Origin: a virus
Direction: 5' to 3' (one strand)
IMG/VR virus record: IMGVR_UViG_3300045988_083604
Span: 35,147-99,146 of that record
Length of the DNA: 64,000 nt
Below, piece by piece: positions 29,201 to 41,601 of the stretch; position 1 is the first letter of the stretch, and the number at the start of each line of letters is the position of its first letter. A model generated the notes under the pieces. The model had not been told where the DNA came from. It worked only from the letters and a program-made list of their open reading frames with translations, and did not search any database. The position numbers and the translations under genes were made by a program.

Positions 29201-31451
29201 TATTTTTCGGATCGAAATAAGGACTTCTTGCAACCCACATAGAACCTGTCCAGAACTATTGTGTAGTTAATGTACCCGTAGGAGTGTACACGTTGTCGAT
29301 ATTTGTATCGTGATCATCTTTGTGTTTGTTTCTACAAATAGGTCTTGCCAACACACCTTGTGCTATATTTTGAATATCGTTTATAGACCTGTGGCATCTT
29401 ACAATTTCGTATGATGTTATCTTATATTTTTCATAATCATTTGGGTAATCATTTTTTAATTTCTAATTGAACGAATTGATATCTACTTCAAATTGTATTC
29501 CTAATGGATATACTGTTAATTCTGTATTATCGTCTTCTAAAACACCGCCATCGTTATAATGCTAACCGTTTGCACAAAACGTTTCAAAACCGGAATCATT
29601 TATAGAAGGAGTTCTAATATCATCTATCCATAAAGCAGAACTACTTTCTCCTTTACCATTATATAGTACAATTGCAAATCTGTATAATTCATCCCTTCTT
29701 AAAGATTTCAAACCATATGAAATACAAGGGTTTGCGTATGTACCATTATTATTATTAGGTATATATTTATCTTTTAAATTTATTCTACCCAAACTTTCAA
29801 GTTGTACTTCCATGCTATTTGTAACATTATCATAACGTTCTTTTACAATGTTTACAATTGGCACATTAGTACATTTTGACCATTTTCTAGAATTATCATT
29901 AAGACTATCTGGATATTCTATTCTAATACCTGATACTCTAGAACCAATTTGTTTAGGATACGATCTTGAATAATCACCTATAACCGATGTTACAATAAAC
30001 TACCATGATATATATTTTCCACTACCTCCATATACGTGAAATTCTTCGTCTTTATCTTTAAATTTTTTGTATTTACATAAATCTTCAACTATCTTAGGAT
30101 TTTCAGATATATTAAACTATTTTGTTACGTCGTTGTAGGCATTAAAAAAATCACATTTGTCATATTCAAGACGCTTTTCTGTAGACATGGTGTCTCTTTC
30201 GTTCATGAATACAGGAAATTCTTTATCTTCATATATACCATATGATTTTCTAAATTTTACGTGGTTTTTATTATTTACTCTAAATGCACGAGCATCAAAT
30301 TCTTTAGCAATATCATCTAATTCTGACTAATTATCTTTTATATTAGCTGCAAATAATATATCATCTTTAGCTTCTATAGTTTTAGGTATTACATATACAC
30401 CTGATAAATTATTAAATTCACTCAATGGTATTATTTGTAAAGCTTCTTGACCACTATCTATATACTGCATGAATTTAGTAACTTCACCGGCATCATCCTT
30501 TTCTGAAAATTCTATTATTGATTTATCATATATGAGAGATATTTCAGGTTCTTGACCATTTTGTTTATAAAATATTCTATAAATATATACATGATCAAAT
30601 AAACTCTAATCACTTTCTAAAGGTATTCTAAGTGATACTCCACAATTTATAGTATCTTTCTCTAAACCACCTTTTGATTTTTTACTTATAATATCATCGT
30701 CGGTATAACCGTATCCTAAATATATAGGTTTTGTAGGTGCTGATAACGGAGATACATTACCATGTTTCTTATAAAATCTATAAGCATATTGTACAGTACC
30801 TGCTTTCAAACTACCGTATACTAAACCACAGAATATGAAAGGTTTTATAACTACATTCGGAAACTAATCATATAACTATACATTTCCAAAATTATTAGCA
30901 TTAATTTCGTCATCAGCTTTTGCAACATTTATAATTTTCATAAAATGTTCACCATCAGCTATGTAAAGTTTAATATTATCTTCAGTTTCCCATGTTAATA
31001 CAGTACTCACTTTATCACCGGATAATTGGTTTTTTAATTCTGTATTTGTAGTTAATTTTAAGTCTTTTGAACAGAATATAAGTTTGCTGTATTCTATATC
31101 ATTTTCAGCACTATTTTGTTTTATTCTAATAACAGCCCAGTTTTTATGTTCATCTTCGGCTACGATTATTCCAATATTACGTGTACTACATGCCGATAAT
31201 ATTTTATTTATATTAAATGTAAATGTACTAGATAATACGAATGTTACTTTAGCTCTATTTTTAAATCCTTCTATCGCACGAATTTCACCATACGAATTAG
31301 TTGCGTCTGTCTTATTATCACCGTTATATGAACTTATGCGTATATTTTCACCGTAAAGATACTATCCTTCTTGTATATTACTGTACGAAACATCTGTATT
31401 CATTCCTTTATTAAAGGACGTTATAGATATATTGTTGTTATTAGTAGCCAT
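26280..31451 (-). CDS. large (~1723 aa) structural protein, tail/appendage type
   Basis: Seven ORF pieces (26463..30606) in one frame joined through TAG; starts MATNNNNISITSFNKGMNTDVSYSNIQEGQYLYGENIRISSYNG, TAA stop at 26280. Confidence 0.65.
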
Positions 31452-32238
31452 AATAGTAATCGTTATAATTTAATTGTTTTCTACCAACATTTTTGAAGAA
31501 TGTGTCATCATCATCCCACTCTGGGACAAGTTTATTCCATTCATTCTTGATACTACGCATATCTGTTTCTGTAGGCATCATAGCTTCTGCATAAGCTTGA
31601 GCTCTAAAGAAATTCCATTGCTGTTGTAGATAATAATAAACATTTGCAGAATTTCTTACACTACCACCAAGAGAACCTTTCAGATATTTATTAAACGATA
31701 GTTTCCACATTACATACCAGTATATTGCTTCTTGATATGATGCTGAGTCTGGTATCAAAGGATATCCTCGTTCATCTGTAGCTATTGCTTTATATGCGAG
31801 TTTTATATAACCTTCCGGTTTATTAAATACAAACCAACCTGGTTTTGTAAAATATGTAATATCTTCATCTGAATTAAGCTTATCTTCTGCATATTTTACA
31901 AGATTATTACCATAAAACTAAGACTGTGCTGTAGGTAATTTATATCTCATTGGTTGTTCTGGTTCATGGTATGTGAATTTATGTTTAACAGGTTCTTTAA
32001 AAGTAGCCGTTTCAGATCTAACCGGGACCCATGGACCATTTGGATTATTTGAATAAGCTATACCATTTAAATCATGCATGTCCTCCGGTATAGGAACTTG
32101 ATTTTCATGTATTTTTAATATGGGACACCCTTCTTGTCCTGACTCTTTCTATATATACTACATCGGTGCCCCAATGTGTTCTATAGCTTCAAATATCCAT
32201 TCTCTTATGTCGGTTATTCTCATGTTTTTCTCCGACAT
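31441..32238 (-). CDS. conserved crAss-like late protein (~265 aa)
   Basis: Recoded ORF MSEKNMRITDIREWIFEAIEHIGAPM(Q)YI..; C-terminal 105 aa visible in ORF track; TAA stop. Confidence 0.6.
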
Positions 32239-32272
32239 ATCTGAATCTGCAAGTATTTTAGCTATAACAGAT

Positions 32273-32725
32273 TCACATTTTGTATATTTGTATATCATCT
32301 ATATTTATATAATCGTGTTTGTTAAATATAAGCTGTGCCAATGCTCGTTTATTCTACCTTACCAGATTTAAACTATATTTGTACATATCTGGGAATATTT
32401 TCTTCTGTTTTGACCAGAATAACCTATATTTATAACCGTCAGAATGTTCATTTAAATGATAAATACGTTTACCATATTCTGCAGAAGCTTTATAATCTAC
32501 AGATAGGCTCTTATCAGTAAACGTTTTAGGTTTGTATTTACATATACATATAATACCTAATCCGAAAGGCATTTTAAACACTTCTGAGCGGTTTAAAATT
32601 ATATCTAGTATATTCTTATTGCATTCGTCTAATATACGCTTAAAACGAACATAAGGCACGTCTTTGTTAATCTTATGATATGTTTTATACATATCACGTA
32701 CAGTATATGAATTTTTATTTCTCAT
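32273..32725 (-). CDS. conserved hypothetical protein
   Basis: MRNKNSYTVRDMYKTYHKINKDVPYVRFKRIL..; one TAG, TGA stop at 32273. Confidence 0.6.
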
Positions 32726-33398
32726 CTTGCTGTGGACCCTTAGGTTTCACACTCGCTAATGTGCTGTTGTTATCATCATCGCTAGGCATATTTAATATAA
32801 ATGCTAATTCGTTCTTTATTATCATAGCTTTTATATCTGGTATCATCCATCCTGGAATCTTTATATCATCTTCGTCACCATCTTCATCAGAATCTGTAAA
32901 AGCACCAGTAACCCATATAAACCTAAGTCTATTTAAATCTGTAAGACCTTCCAGATATATATATTCGTTTTCATACCACCATCCTAACTCTCCGAATGTG
33001 TATTTTCTAAAAAAGTGAAAGTGTCTACGTTTCTCATTCATTTTTTGTATAGGACAACCTTCCTAATCCTGTACACTAGTTATACAACTGTCACTAGAAC
33101 CAGATAATTCTGGTAATTTATCCTTAGATCTTTTTCTATATAGACATGTATCATCTAATGGTTGTTCATCAATTAACTCTATAGGACCTATTGTCTTAAG
33201 TATATCATCATCGTCCTCTTCATCTTCTTTACCATCTTCTTTGTCTTTTTCTTGTTTCTTTTTCAAAATGGCAGCTTTGTATGCAAGAATCCATAATGCT
33301 ATCTAAGCCCTTGAGAAATCTTCACTTTCACTTACATTATTATTTCTAATCATGAGTAGAACATCGTCTATCACACTACGTAATGTAAATAATTTCAT
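32715..33398 (-). CDS. conserved hypothetical protein (~227 aa)
   Basis: ORFs 33063 and 32715 are in frame; MKLFTLRSVIDDVLLMIRNNNVSESEDFSRA(Q)IALWILAYKAA.. Confidence 0.6.
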
Positions 33399-33399
33399 A

Positions 33400-34026
33400 T
33401 TATTCAGATTCTATTATTCTAACATCTTCTCCTTTTAATAAATCGTTTGTATTTACAATCTTATATTTATATCGTACAACCTTTTTAAAATCTAATGTAA
33501 ACAAACGTTTGAAGAAGTTCTTTTTGTTTTTATACTCTTTTTTCTTGTATATGTATAAATACTAAGTATTACGTACATCTAATTTTATAGCTATACTATC
33601 TTTACCTATACTGTAATATACATTTGTAAGGTCGTTGTATTTAATACTATCTGTAAATATAGTATCTTTAATAACTGTAACCTAACCCCCTACCCCCTTA
33701 CTAGTACTAACGTTCAATACCTAGGTTTGGGTTGCTGCTGTAGTCAAACCTTTTGAAGAAATTTTATTTTCTTTACGTACACTGTCTATTTGTTGTATTA
33801 ATTTATCATTAGATTCTTTCAATTTAGACATGTCTAGCTATAAAACATTACAAGCCTACTAAGAGTTGTTCAACAACCCCTAATAGGCTTCAATGTTATT
33901 CTAAGCTGTTTCCAAGCGTTCTGAGAGCTTCTAATTCTATTTATGCATAGTTATACCAAACGAAATAGATAAAGCTATACAGAGGCTTAAAAAGGCTTCT
34001 ACAGCGATTCTTTTATGACTTAACAT
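33400..34026 (-). CDS. Rz-like inner-membrane spanin candidate
   Basis: MLSHKRIAVEAFLSLCIALSISFGITMHK then coiled-coil-like QNQKLSERLETAQNNIEAYQGLLNNSQQACNVLQLDMSKLKESNDKLIQQIDSVRKE; at least ten in-frame TAG; next to holin and lysozyme. Confidence 0.6.
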
Positions 34027-34525
34027 CCACGTTATTATCGACTGTATCATTTTTATCATTTGTATTCATTCCTGTATATTCATCACCCTTTTTTCTTAAA
34101 AACACGCCTATAGACTTCCATGGACCATTTGGATCCAATGTATTCAAGTTTTCAAGTATAGACCACATTTCTGTTAAACAGATTATAACAGTAGCACCTC
34201 CTGTAAGAACTAAAGGTATACCACTGTTCAACACTGTATATTCCAATAAATGTGCTAATAATAATATGGTGAATTCATCTTTTATTTTCTAGAGTGTACC
34301 ACGCCAATTTTTCTTACTAGTGATTTTTTGTCCAAGCTTTTTTGCAACTTTAATACCATAAATCATATCTATTATAGTAAATGCAAAACAAGCGACTAAT
34401 AATCCAACTACAGGGACAATATATGCTGTGAGCAACGCACTTACTCCTAACCATATCTTAGCCCATTGGCTTTGTCCACATATAGAATTGAACATATATC
34501 CAATCTAAGTAAGTATATTATTCAT
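34013..34525 (-). CDS. holin-like membrane protein
   Basis: Recoded ORF MNNILT(Q)IGYMFNSICGQSQWAKIWLGVSALLTAYIVPVVGLLVACFAFTIIDMIYGIKVAKKL.. and a second TM; adjacent to lysozyme. Confidence 0.65.
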
Positions 34526-34526
34526 A

Positions 34527-34958
34527 TTAGCTTCTCCACATGTTACACTCCCACTATCTTCTCTTAACTAATCCAGGTAGTACTTTACCGCCACCTCTAG
34601 TCCAACGCATAAACTGATTGCAAATCATATCATCTGATTTACCTTGTTTAATGTATTTGAACAATGTTGATTTCTAAAAATTACCAACTCCTAAATTAAA
34701 TATGAAACTAACTAAAGCTCCGAATTGTCCTTGTGTCTTGCACACACCAAGCTTATTTAAGTATGATACTATAGGCTATATATCCTATTTCAAGTATTCT
34801 ACAGCTTGCTCTTTTGTTATTTTCTATCCTTTTTTAACGCCTTTAGTATGTCCATATCCTATTGTCCAAACACCTGCTGGGCATTTATACGCAGTAAGTA
34901 CTAAACCTTCAAAATTACATATCCCTTTGATAGTGGTATTATCAATATTAAATATCAT
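34527..34958 (-). CDS. phage lysozyme, GH24/T4-type muramidase-like endolysin
   Basis: Recoded translation MIFNIDNTTIKGICNFEGLVLTAYKCPAGVWTIGYGHTKGVKKG(Q)KITKEQAVEYLK..RWTRGGGKVLPGLVKRR; NFEGL..WTIGYGHT motif. Confidence 0.85.
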
Positions 34959-35965
34959 ATCTACAAATTACTTTGTTTCATCTGGTACCATAAACCCAAG
35001 AGCTTTCAAATTAGCAATTAATGTATTAAATTTGGTTATAACATCTTCTACTGATGTGGCATCTTGGATATTGTCCAATTGTTGTGTAAGTTTATTCAAG
35101 TCGTCATCAGTAACACTAACCGAACCCAATGTTAAAACATAATTGTCTTCATCATCGAGACCAATATAAAAAAGCGTATTTGAATATTTAATAGCCTGTA
35201 TTGAGGAGTCCGTAATACTAATATTAGTATTTCTAGATATTAAATTTTCTATTGTTATACGATCAGGTTCTATTTGTGTTTCGTATCTACCATCACCAAT
35301 CCAATGTGTGATATTAGATCGATCGTTTGCAGTATCGTTAGCATTTTTAACTAACCCTATTATAGAATAACCTTTAGTACCTGTCGTTCCTGTAGTATAA
35401 GCATGATCTTGTAAAGATTGTAATGTAGGATAATATTTGATAGAAAAATGTGATTTTAATGTATTTTCTACATATAAGTTTTGTCTACTGGCGCTAAGTG
35501 CTCCATAAAAAGAACCATTACCAATATCTACATAAGATGCTGAAGTAGCTTTGTTTTTAATTTTAAACCCGTAATGACTATTATAACCTGATTCGTTATT
35601 TGTATATTTAGGGATTAAAATATTATCTTCACCTTCATATACAACAGTTTTCTAAATAGAATCTGAAACATTCATATCAGAACCATCTTTCCCAGAAATG
35701 ATCACAGAACCGTCTCCTTTTACTTCTAACGTGTTCTTTCTCTCTCCCTTTGTACCACACCCAACAGAGAATAAAGTAGCCTTAGGATCACCTACAACGC
35801 CTTCTGGACTATTTGGATTATCACCCTTGGTAGATTTATTCAATATACCAGTAGCAATCTCACCATAGTTTGTAGTCTCTGTAGCATAACCTGCCGCGAT
35901 AGAATTTGCATTACCACACTTGGTACCGAAAAACTAAGTTTCTTGTTTTTTATTATTATTTAACA
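34955..35965 (-). CDS. structural/tail protein (~336 aa)
   Basis: MLNNNKKQET(Q)FFGTKCGNAISIAAGYATETTNYGEI..; TGA at 34955 overlaps the lysozyme start. Confidence 0.55.
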
Positions 35966-35968
35966 TAA

Positions 35969-36466
35969 TTAAAATAAATTAAAGTAATGTCTCACCCATC
36001 GTGGTCGATCAGCATCTTTAAGCTGAGCAACAGACATATCATAACAAGCAATAATATAAGCATTATTATCATTGTTTACCAATTTAGATATAATATCACC
36101 TTGATCTGAAGCGAATTTACACATTGTTACATACAATGCATATTTATTATAATAAGGAGCATAATCAACACACTTATTATTATGTTCCAATTCGTCAATC
36201 ACAGAAAAATTAAAAGGTGCGCCAGAGCTACCATCGTAGTTTTTAAAATCTTTTAGAATATTCCTAGCTTCTTTTTCTGTTAAAAAGTTATTATATTTGT
36301 ATAAACCTTCAGTGCAATTTAATAACTCTTCTATTACATTTGTATCACATTCCGATAAATATGACATTACTGTTTTTACTATTGCGCACCTTATTTCAGA
36401 ATTACTATGCTCATCAATAATAGATGAGATTCTTTCAATATGTGTTTTTATTTTAGACTTGTCCAT
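35969..36466 (-). CDS. conserved hypothetical protein
   Basis: 165-aa ORF without internal TAG. Confidence 0.6.
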   Translation of the reverse strand: MDKSKIKTHIERISSIIDEHSNSEIRCAIVKTVMSYLSECDTNVIEELLNCTEGLYKYNNFLTEKEARNILKDFKNYDGSSGAPFNFSVIDELEHNNKCVDYAPYYNKYALYVTMCKFASDQGDIISKLVNNDNNAYIIACYDMSVAQLKDADRPRWVRHYFNLF

Positions 36467-36962
36467 TGTTATTAGTATTTATAGTGTTTGAAAGATTTGA
36501 AATCATATTTTTAATATCCTCGACAGAAGATTCTAACTTAGAGAATCTTTGTTCTGTCTCTTTCTTTTCCTTAAACACTGGATTAAATTCGGACAATATT
36601 TTATTACATTTCTCTACTGTTGTTTTATGTAGATCAATTTGGTTAAGAACTTGTTCAGATTGATCTTTGATAGATTCCACCTCACGTAATATAACTTCTC
36701 TATTTGGAGATATTACAAGATTTTCAGCATACCCTATCTCAGTATCATCTTTGAATGTATATGTTTTTGTATTATCTCCTACTTTAATAGTTATGTCGGT
36801 TACCATCTGGCTTGTAGTATTATGTAATATGTCAAAATGAGGTAACCCTTTGTTTACAACTTTACCTTCTTTAACAGATACTTCTGTTTTATCGAAGATA
36901 AATATAGGATAATTAGGATTCAAATCTTTAAACAACATAGTTTGTAAATTTAAATAAAACAA
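36453..36962 (-). CDS. hypothetical coiled-coil-like protein
   Basis: 169-aa ORF without TAG; ..VEDIKNMISNLSNTINTNNNGQV. Confidence 0.55.
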   Translation of the reverse strand: MFYLNLQTMLFKDLNPNYPIFIFDKTEVSVKEGKVVNKGLPHFDILHNTTSQMVTDITIKVGDNTKTYTFKDDTEIGYAENLVISPNREVILREVESIKDQSEQVLNQIDLHKTTVEKCNKILSEFNPVFKEKKETEQRFSKLESSVEDIKNMISNLSNTINTNNNGQV

Positions 36963-37000
36963 AAAAGGGAAAGGGATACTGTCCCTCTCCCTTCGTTAAC
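36963..37000 (-). terminator. rho-independent terminator
   Basis: Minus strand AAGGGAGAGGGA-CAGTA-TCCCTTTCCCTTTTTT. Confidence 0.8.
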
Positions 37001-37004
37001 CATT

Positions 37005-37841
37005 TTATGCACCAGCTGTAGGTGTTGTTTTGAGTGCCGCTATTAAAGTAGCGTTCTGACGTTGCTGACTGAGCTCTAGTCTAGCATCGTTATACCTTTG
37101 CTGTAAATCAGAATTCCAATGATTATTCAACGTATCTATAATGCGCTGAGTGTTATCTTGATTTGCACGAATTATATCGCACTTATCTTGAGCATTTTGG
37201 AAACTTGATGCAGAGAATCCTCGTTCAACGCCTGTTGCAACATACTGGATTGCATTCTGCAAAGTATTCGTCTGATTACATGTTGCAAGCTGCTGCTCAT
37301 AACCCATCTTGATAATGTTCTGTTGGGTCTGGCAGCAACAATCTTTAAGTGATTGAATAATATTCATATCATCTAAGTTTGCCGCATTGATGACTCTCTC
37401 GGCGCTATATCCAACTTTACCTCCAACCTGTTCAATTGCTGAACGAACTGCACAAACAGAGTTTTGCAACTGATTAAAATCGCAATTGAGATTAGAAGCA
37501 AGAGTTTTAAGATCACAGTTATTACCCTGAATAGCTCCCATAAGAAGGTTACTATTCTGGTTATCTGCCATCTAGCTGCGTAAAGAATCGAGTTGTGATT
37601 GGATTTCGGCTCCCTGGAGACCATTTCTGTTACCCCAGAAACCCCCATTTCCAAACATCATGAGGAATACCAAATAAATAAAAGGATTATTCATCCACTA
37701 GTTGTTATTCATCATAGATGCCATTGCCAACGGATCTTCATTGTTACGTCCTGCCATAGCTGCTATAGCAAGAGCATCGTGGTTATTGTATGCGCTCGGA
37801 TGATCGTAATAATAAACCTTCTCAGTTATCTTATCTTCCAT
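37005..37841 (-). CDS. conserved crAss-like protein with hydrophobic segment (~278 aa)
   Basis: Extends through TAG: MEDKITEKVYYYDHPSAYNNHDALAIAAMAGRNNEDPLAMAS..(Q)WMNNPFIYLVFLMMFGNGGFWGNRNGLQGAEIQSQLDSLRS(Q)MADNQNSNLL.. Confidence 0.65.
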
Positions 37842-38030
37842 AGTAAAAAGAATTAAAGGATTAATAAAATGGTGTTCGAAATACGAACCTTAATAAAATA
37901 ACTTGCAAGTTAATAGGCAGATTTAGGTGCACCACCACCTAAATCCAAGTAGAAAAGTCTATTATTTATATCCGTAACGGATATTTTGATAATCATGGTT
38001 GCACAAAAAGTGCTAAATTTTGATAATTTA

Positions 38031-38762
38031 TTACATATAAGTGAATATATATGTGCCATTTTGAGGGTGTGGACCTAAATCTACAACCCAAGAACCACTT
38101 TGACTGGCTGTAAGATACATATTATCAAATGAATAATATGACCCTTTTTTAAGCACAAATTGTCTTGCGGAACTGTCTTTATTTGTCGCTGTTATACGCC
38201 ATTGAGTACGTCCATCGATCATATGTACGTTTTTCTCAACTTTTGTAATATACTTAGACGGATCGATAAAAGGAGTTACATTGTTGATAGTAGAAGAAAT
38301 CTCAGGATATAATTCAACCCATTGTGGAGTTGCTTTATAAATATCATTCAACTCTATTAAATTTTTAACGTCATCGTTGTAAATATACAGTTTACCTGTT
38401 GTTTTATCTTTATATATTACATTATTATATGGAATTTGTCCAATGATTCTTTTAACATTAGATATCATTGCTGTATTAATACCACTTCCATATATGGTAT
38501 CATTTTTACATACATATAAGTTACTCGGTGTTGAAGTATTATGTGTCCATGCCGAACCTATGGTTACAAAACCACCACAAAAATCACTATTGTTATATAC
38601 AAATCTTAAAAAATACACATATGATTTAAGTGTTGCTGAAGTTGTCTAGCGTGGATAACCGTAATCTAATTCAATTATACCATCAAACTCCACAATTATA
38701 TTCTACTCTTTAACTTTATCAACCAGAGTTGTAAGTCCTTCATAATTTAAATATTTAACCAT
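38031..38762 (-). CDS. tail/appendage protein
   Basis: MVNIKYYEGLTTLVDKVKE(Q)NII..; recoded frame; TAA stop at 38031. Confidence 0.55.
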
Positions 38763-38782
38763 GATTATAATTTATTTATATT

Positions 38783-39643
38783 TTATTTGAACAAGTTCTA
38801 AATTTCAGTATCTGTAATCGCTTCAAATGATGGAAGTGCTCCCAACTGACCTTCTACAGTATCCAATCTACTTTCTATATCTGTAATACTATCATCAATA
38901 TTACCAAACTTAGTAATGAACGGCATAGATTCAGCGCTGGGATCAATTGATGTTTTATATGAATATGCGTATTCTGCTTCAGTTGGTTTTCCTATAGTAA
39001 TTGTTCTGGTATTACCGTTATCAGCAGACGTTGCGTTCATATATTGAGATGAAATTACAACATCTTTCCAAGGTACGTTTACATAAGCTTTCTTATTTTC
39101 AAGCTTCAGGCCGTATTTTCTATTATTAATTGAATCAGCATAACCAATCTAAATACCACCAAGATCACTAGAAGTTGCTAATGGAAGTGAATATGCAGAA
39201 GGTGTCTGATATACGTGTTTTGTACCATCCCAATACAGATAACCTACATATGGAGTAAGATCCTTAACTGTTTTTCTACCAGAACCAACCACAATATGTT
39301 CGGCTGTGATATCAGCAGTTGCTGTAACAGCACCATTAATATTAGCCTGTACAACTGCCCATGTTACAGAAATGGTTGGTGTTGAAGTAACAGTCTGTGC
39401 GATAATCATATCACCAGACTCTACATACTAACCTCCTACAGAGAAAGTACCACTCTTTGGACTTGCAATATATACATCACCTACTTTTGCAGAAGCAACG
39501 TTTAGGTCGTCAGCGCTAGTAGCAACGCCTTTGAATACAAGTGCGTGTGAAAGAGCGCTGACAGTTTCTTTAAGCGCGAATTTATCCTTGATCTACTTAA
39601 CAAGTGTTCCAAGACCAGTTAGATTTAAATATTTATTTGCCAT
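38783..39643 (-). CDS. tail/appendage protein
   Basis: MANKYLNLTGLGTLVKQIKDKF..PSFEAITDTEI(Q)NLFK*; ORF pieces 38798 and 39149 in frame. Confidence 0.6.
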
Positions 39644-39645
39644 AA

Positions 39646-39990
39646 TTAAAATAAGTTTATAATTTCAGAATCTGAAATATCATTTATATCAATTTCAAAT
39701 TTTTTCCAACCTGATGCAGATCGTCTATTAGCCCAATTTTCAAGCATATAATAACAATCTTCATCTTTTACATACCACATCTAACCTATTGCAGTATCTC
39801 CAGTAGTATCATTGTTCTATTTCAACTACCAATCAAACACTTTCTGGTTTTCACCAGTAGCAATCAAATCGTTAAATGTGTCTACGCGTCTATGTCCAAT
39901 AACTTCATCAGCATATACAACACCGTAACCGGTGCTAGAGAAGTTATTAGTACGCATCGTTCCGGATTTTATCTGTCCTTCTTTTGCCAT
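39646..39990 (-). CDS. small appendage-associated protein (~114 aa)
   Basis: MAKEGQIKSGTMRTNNFSSTGYGVVYADEVIGHRRVDTFNDLI..DINDISDSEIINLF*; C terminus resembles its neighbour. Confidence 0.6.
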
Positions 39991-40001
39991 AATAAACCTC
40001 C

Positions 40002-40841
40002 TTATTTTATTGCTAATGAGTTATTATTAAACGCTCCTTTATTCATACTGACATACACATAGTAGTTCTAAGCAGCTCCTGTACTATTCTATATAGACAC
40101 CAGTATAGGTTCTTTAAAGTTACCAAGAATTGGATCCGAACCATCTGCAATAATCGTAGATAATTTACCCATATTAGCAGGGTAAGCGTAACAGAAGTAC
40201 TGAGAATTATCAGTAGTTACTGTTATCGTAGATGTTCTATTATCTGCGAGTTTGCTATTCAGTGATGTTATATCAGAAGCAGTTAAGTTCTAAGTAAGAA
40301 CATTACCCCAATATATATAATCACTAAATTTACAAGATACTGATACAGATGCTGTATCCATACCAGATGCGGATACTATCTTAGAACCATTCAACATCAA
40401 TCCTTTTTTAGGAGCTGCTACAGTGACACTAAATGTTTTAGTTCCCCTTGTAGCACTTGTAAATGTCTAAACATCACACTCTTGACTAAGTACGCCTGAT
40501 TCTGGTAAAATAAATCCCCACAATGTTGTAGTACAAGTAGTAGGATCTTTATAACCGTCTGCACTAGTCCATTTCCACTGTCCTTTATAAGTAACTGTAG
40601 AACCAACAGGTACTGTTATTGAAGTGGCAGTACTTGTAGCAGGTGTTTGTTGAAATCTAGTATATGTCCATTGATTTACCGCAATTTGCGGATATATGAC
40701 AGGTTTATCTCCATTTAATATAGCATTGAGATCGTCTCTATTTTCTTTATAATGAGCATCACAAGACTATTTATCTGCGAAATACTTCTTTAATTCACCT
40801 GTATATATACCTAAACCTGTATCATCTAAATATTTTGCCAT
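40002..40841 (-). CDS. tail/appendage protein (~279 aa)
   Basis: MAKYLDDTGLGIYTGELKKYFADK(Q)SCDAHYKENRDDLNA..; Ig-like/BACON-style beta-rich composition; TAG-rich. Confidence 0.55.
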
Positions 40842-40845
40842 GTTA

Positions 40846-41601
40846 TCACACTGTTATATTTTCAATTTTATTTACATTCAACGGTTTTAGAACATCTGTA
40901 GTAGGATCTAATACATAAGGTATAAATGTATCTTTTGCTATATATATAGTCTGTTCAAATGGTTTTCTAATTCCTACTAGAAGTGAAGTACCTGCTTCTA
41001 CACCAATATTATTTAAAAGATCATCTGGTGTATCTATATAGTATTTGTGTTCATACTAAATCATAAAACCTTTCTTATCAGTACTATATATTACTTGTCT
41101 ACCATCTATTGCTCCAATACTATATTGTTGTGGATTTGGAAGTACTGCTGTAATATATTGATCAAAGAATAAAATACTACCAACACCAACTTTAGAAAGA
41201 GAGTCAAGTTTACGTTTATCCTAAGCTGTCATAAGACCTGCATGTTCAGAATTTGCACCTGTAATAATCACAGCTGTTTTTGTAGGGTTCTAGGAATTAC
41301 CACCATTTGATGTTCCTATTTCAACACTACATTTTGAATAGTTCAGAACACCTTGTTCATTTGTAACAAGACCATTCTTGATAAGTTTTAGATAATTAAG
41401 AACTTCTCTATCTTCTGCAGAAATGGTTTCGTTCTTTAAATCAATCTGTTCTTTCAAATAGTTATTTATAACATTCTAAAATGCACCAACCCCCTAATTC
41501 CAATCATAATCCTTAACCTATTCAGCACTAGCAATTACGCCAGATTGACTACCGTTAACAAGTCTTGAAAAGAATTTTATATCGTCTTCTAAATAATTCA
41601 T
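40846..41601 (-). CDS. tail/appendage protein (~251 aa)
   Basis: MNNLEDDIKFFSRLVNGSQSGVIASAE(Q)..; TGA stop at 40846; several TAG. Confidence 0.5.

Noticed and set aside
27000-32000. CRISPR array or diversity-generating retroelement near variable tail genes
   Set aside because: No regularly spaced direct repeats, no reverse transcriptase motif and no template/variable repeat pair noticed
34702-35142. 146-aa plus-strand ORF
   Set aside because: Antisense to the clearly recognisable GH24 lysozyme and the adjacent structural gene
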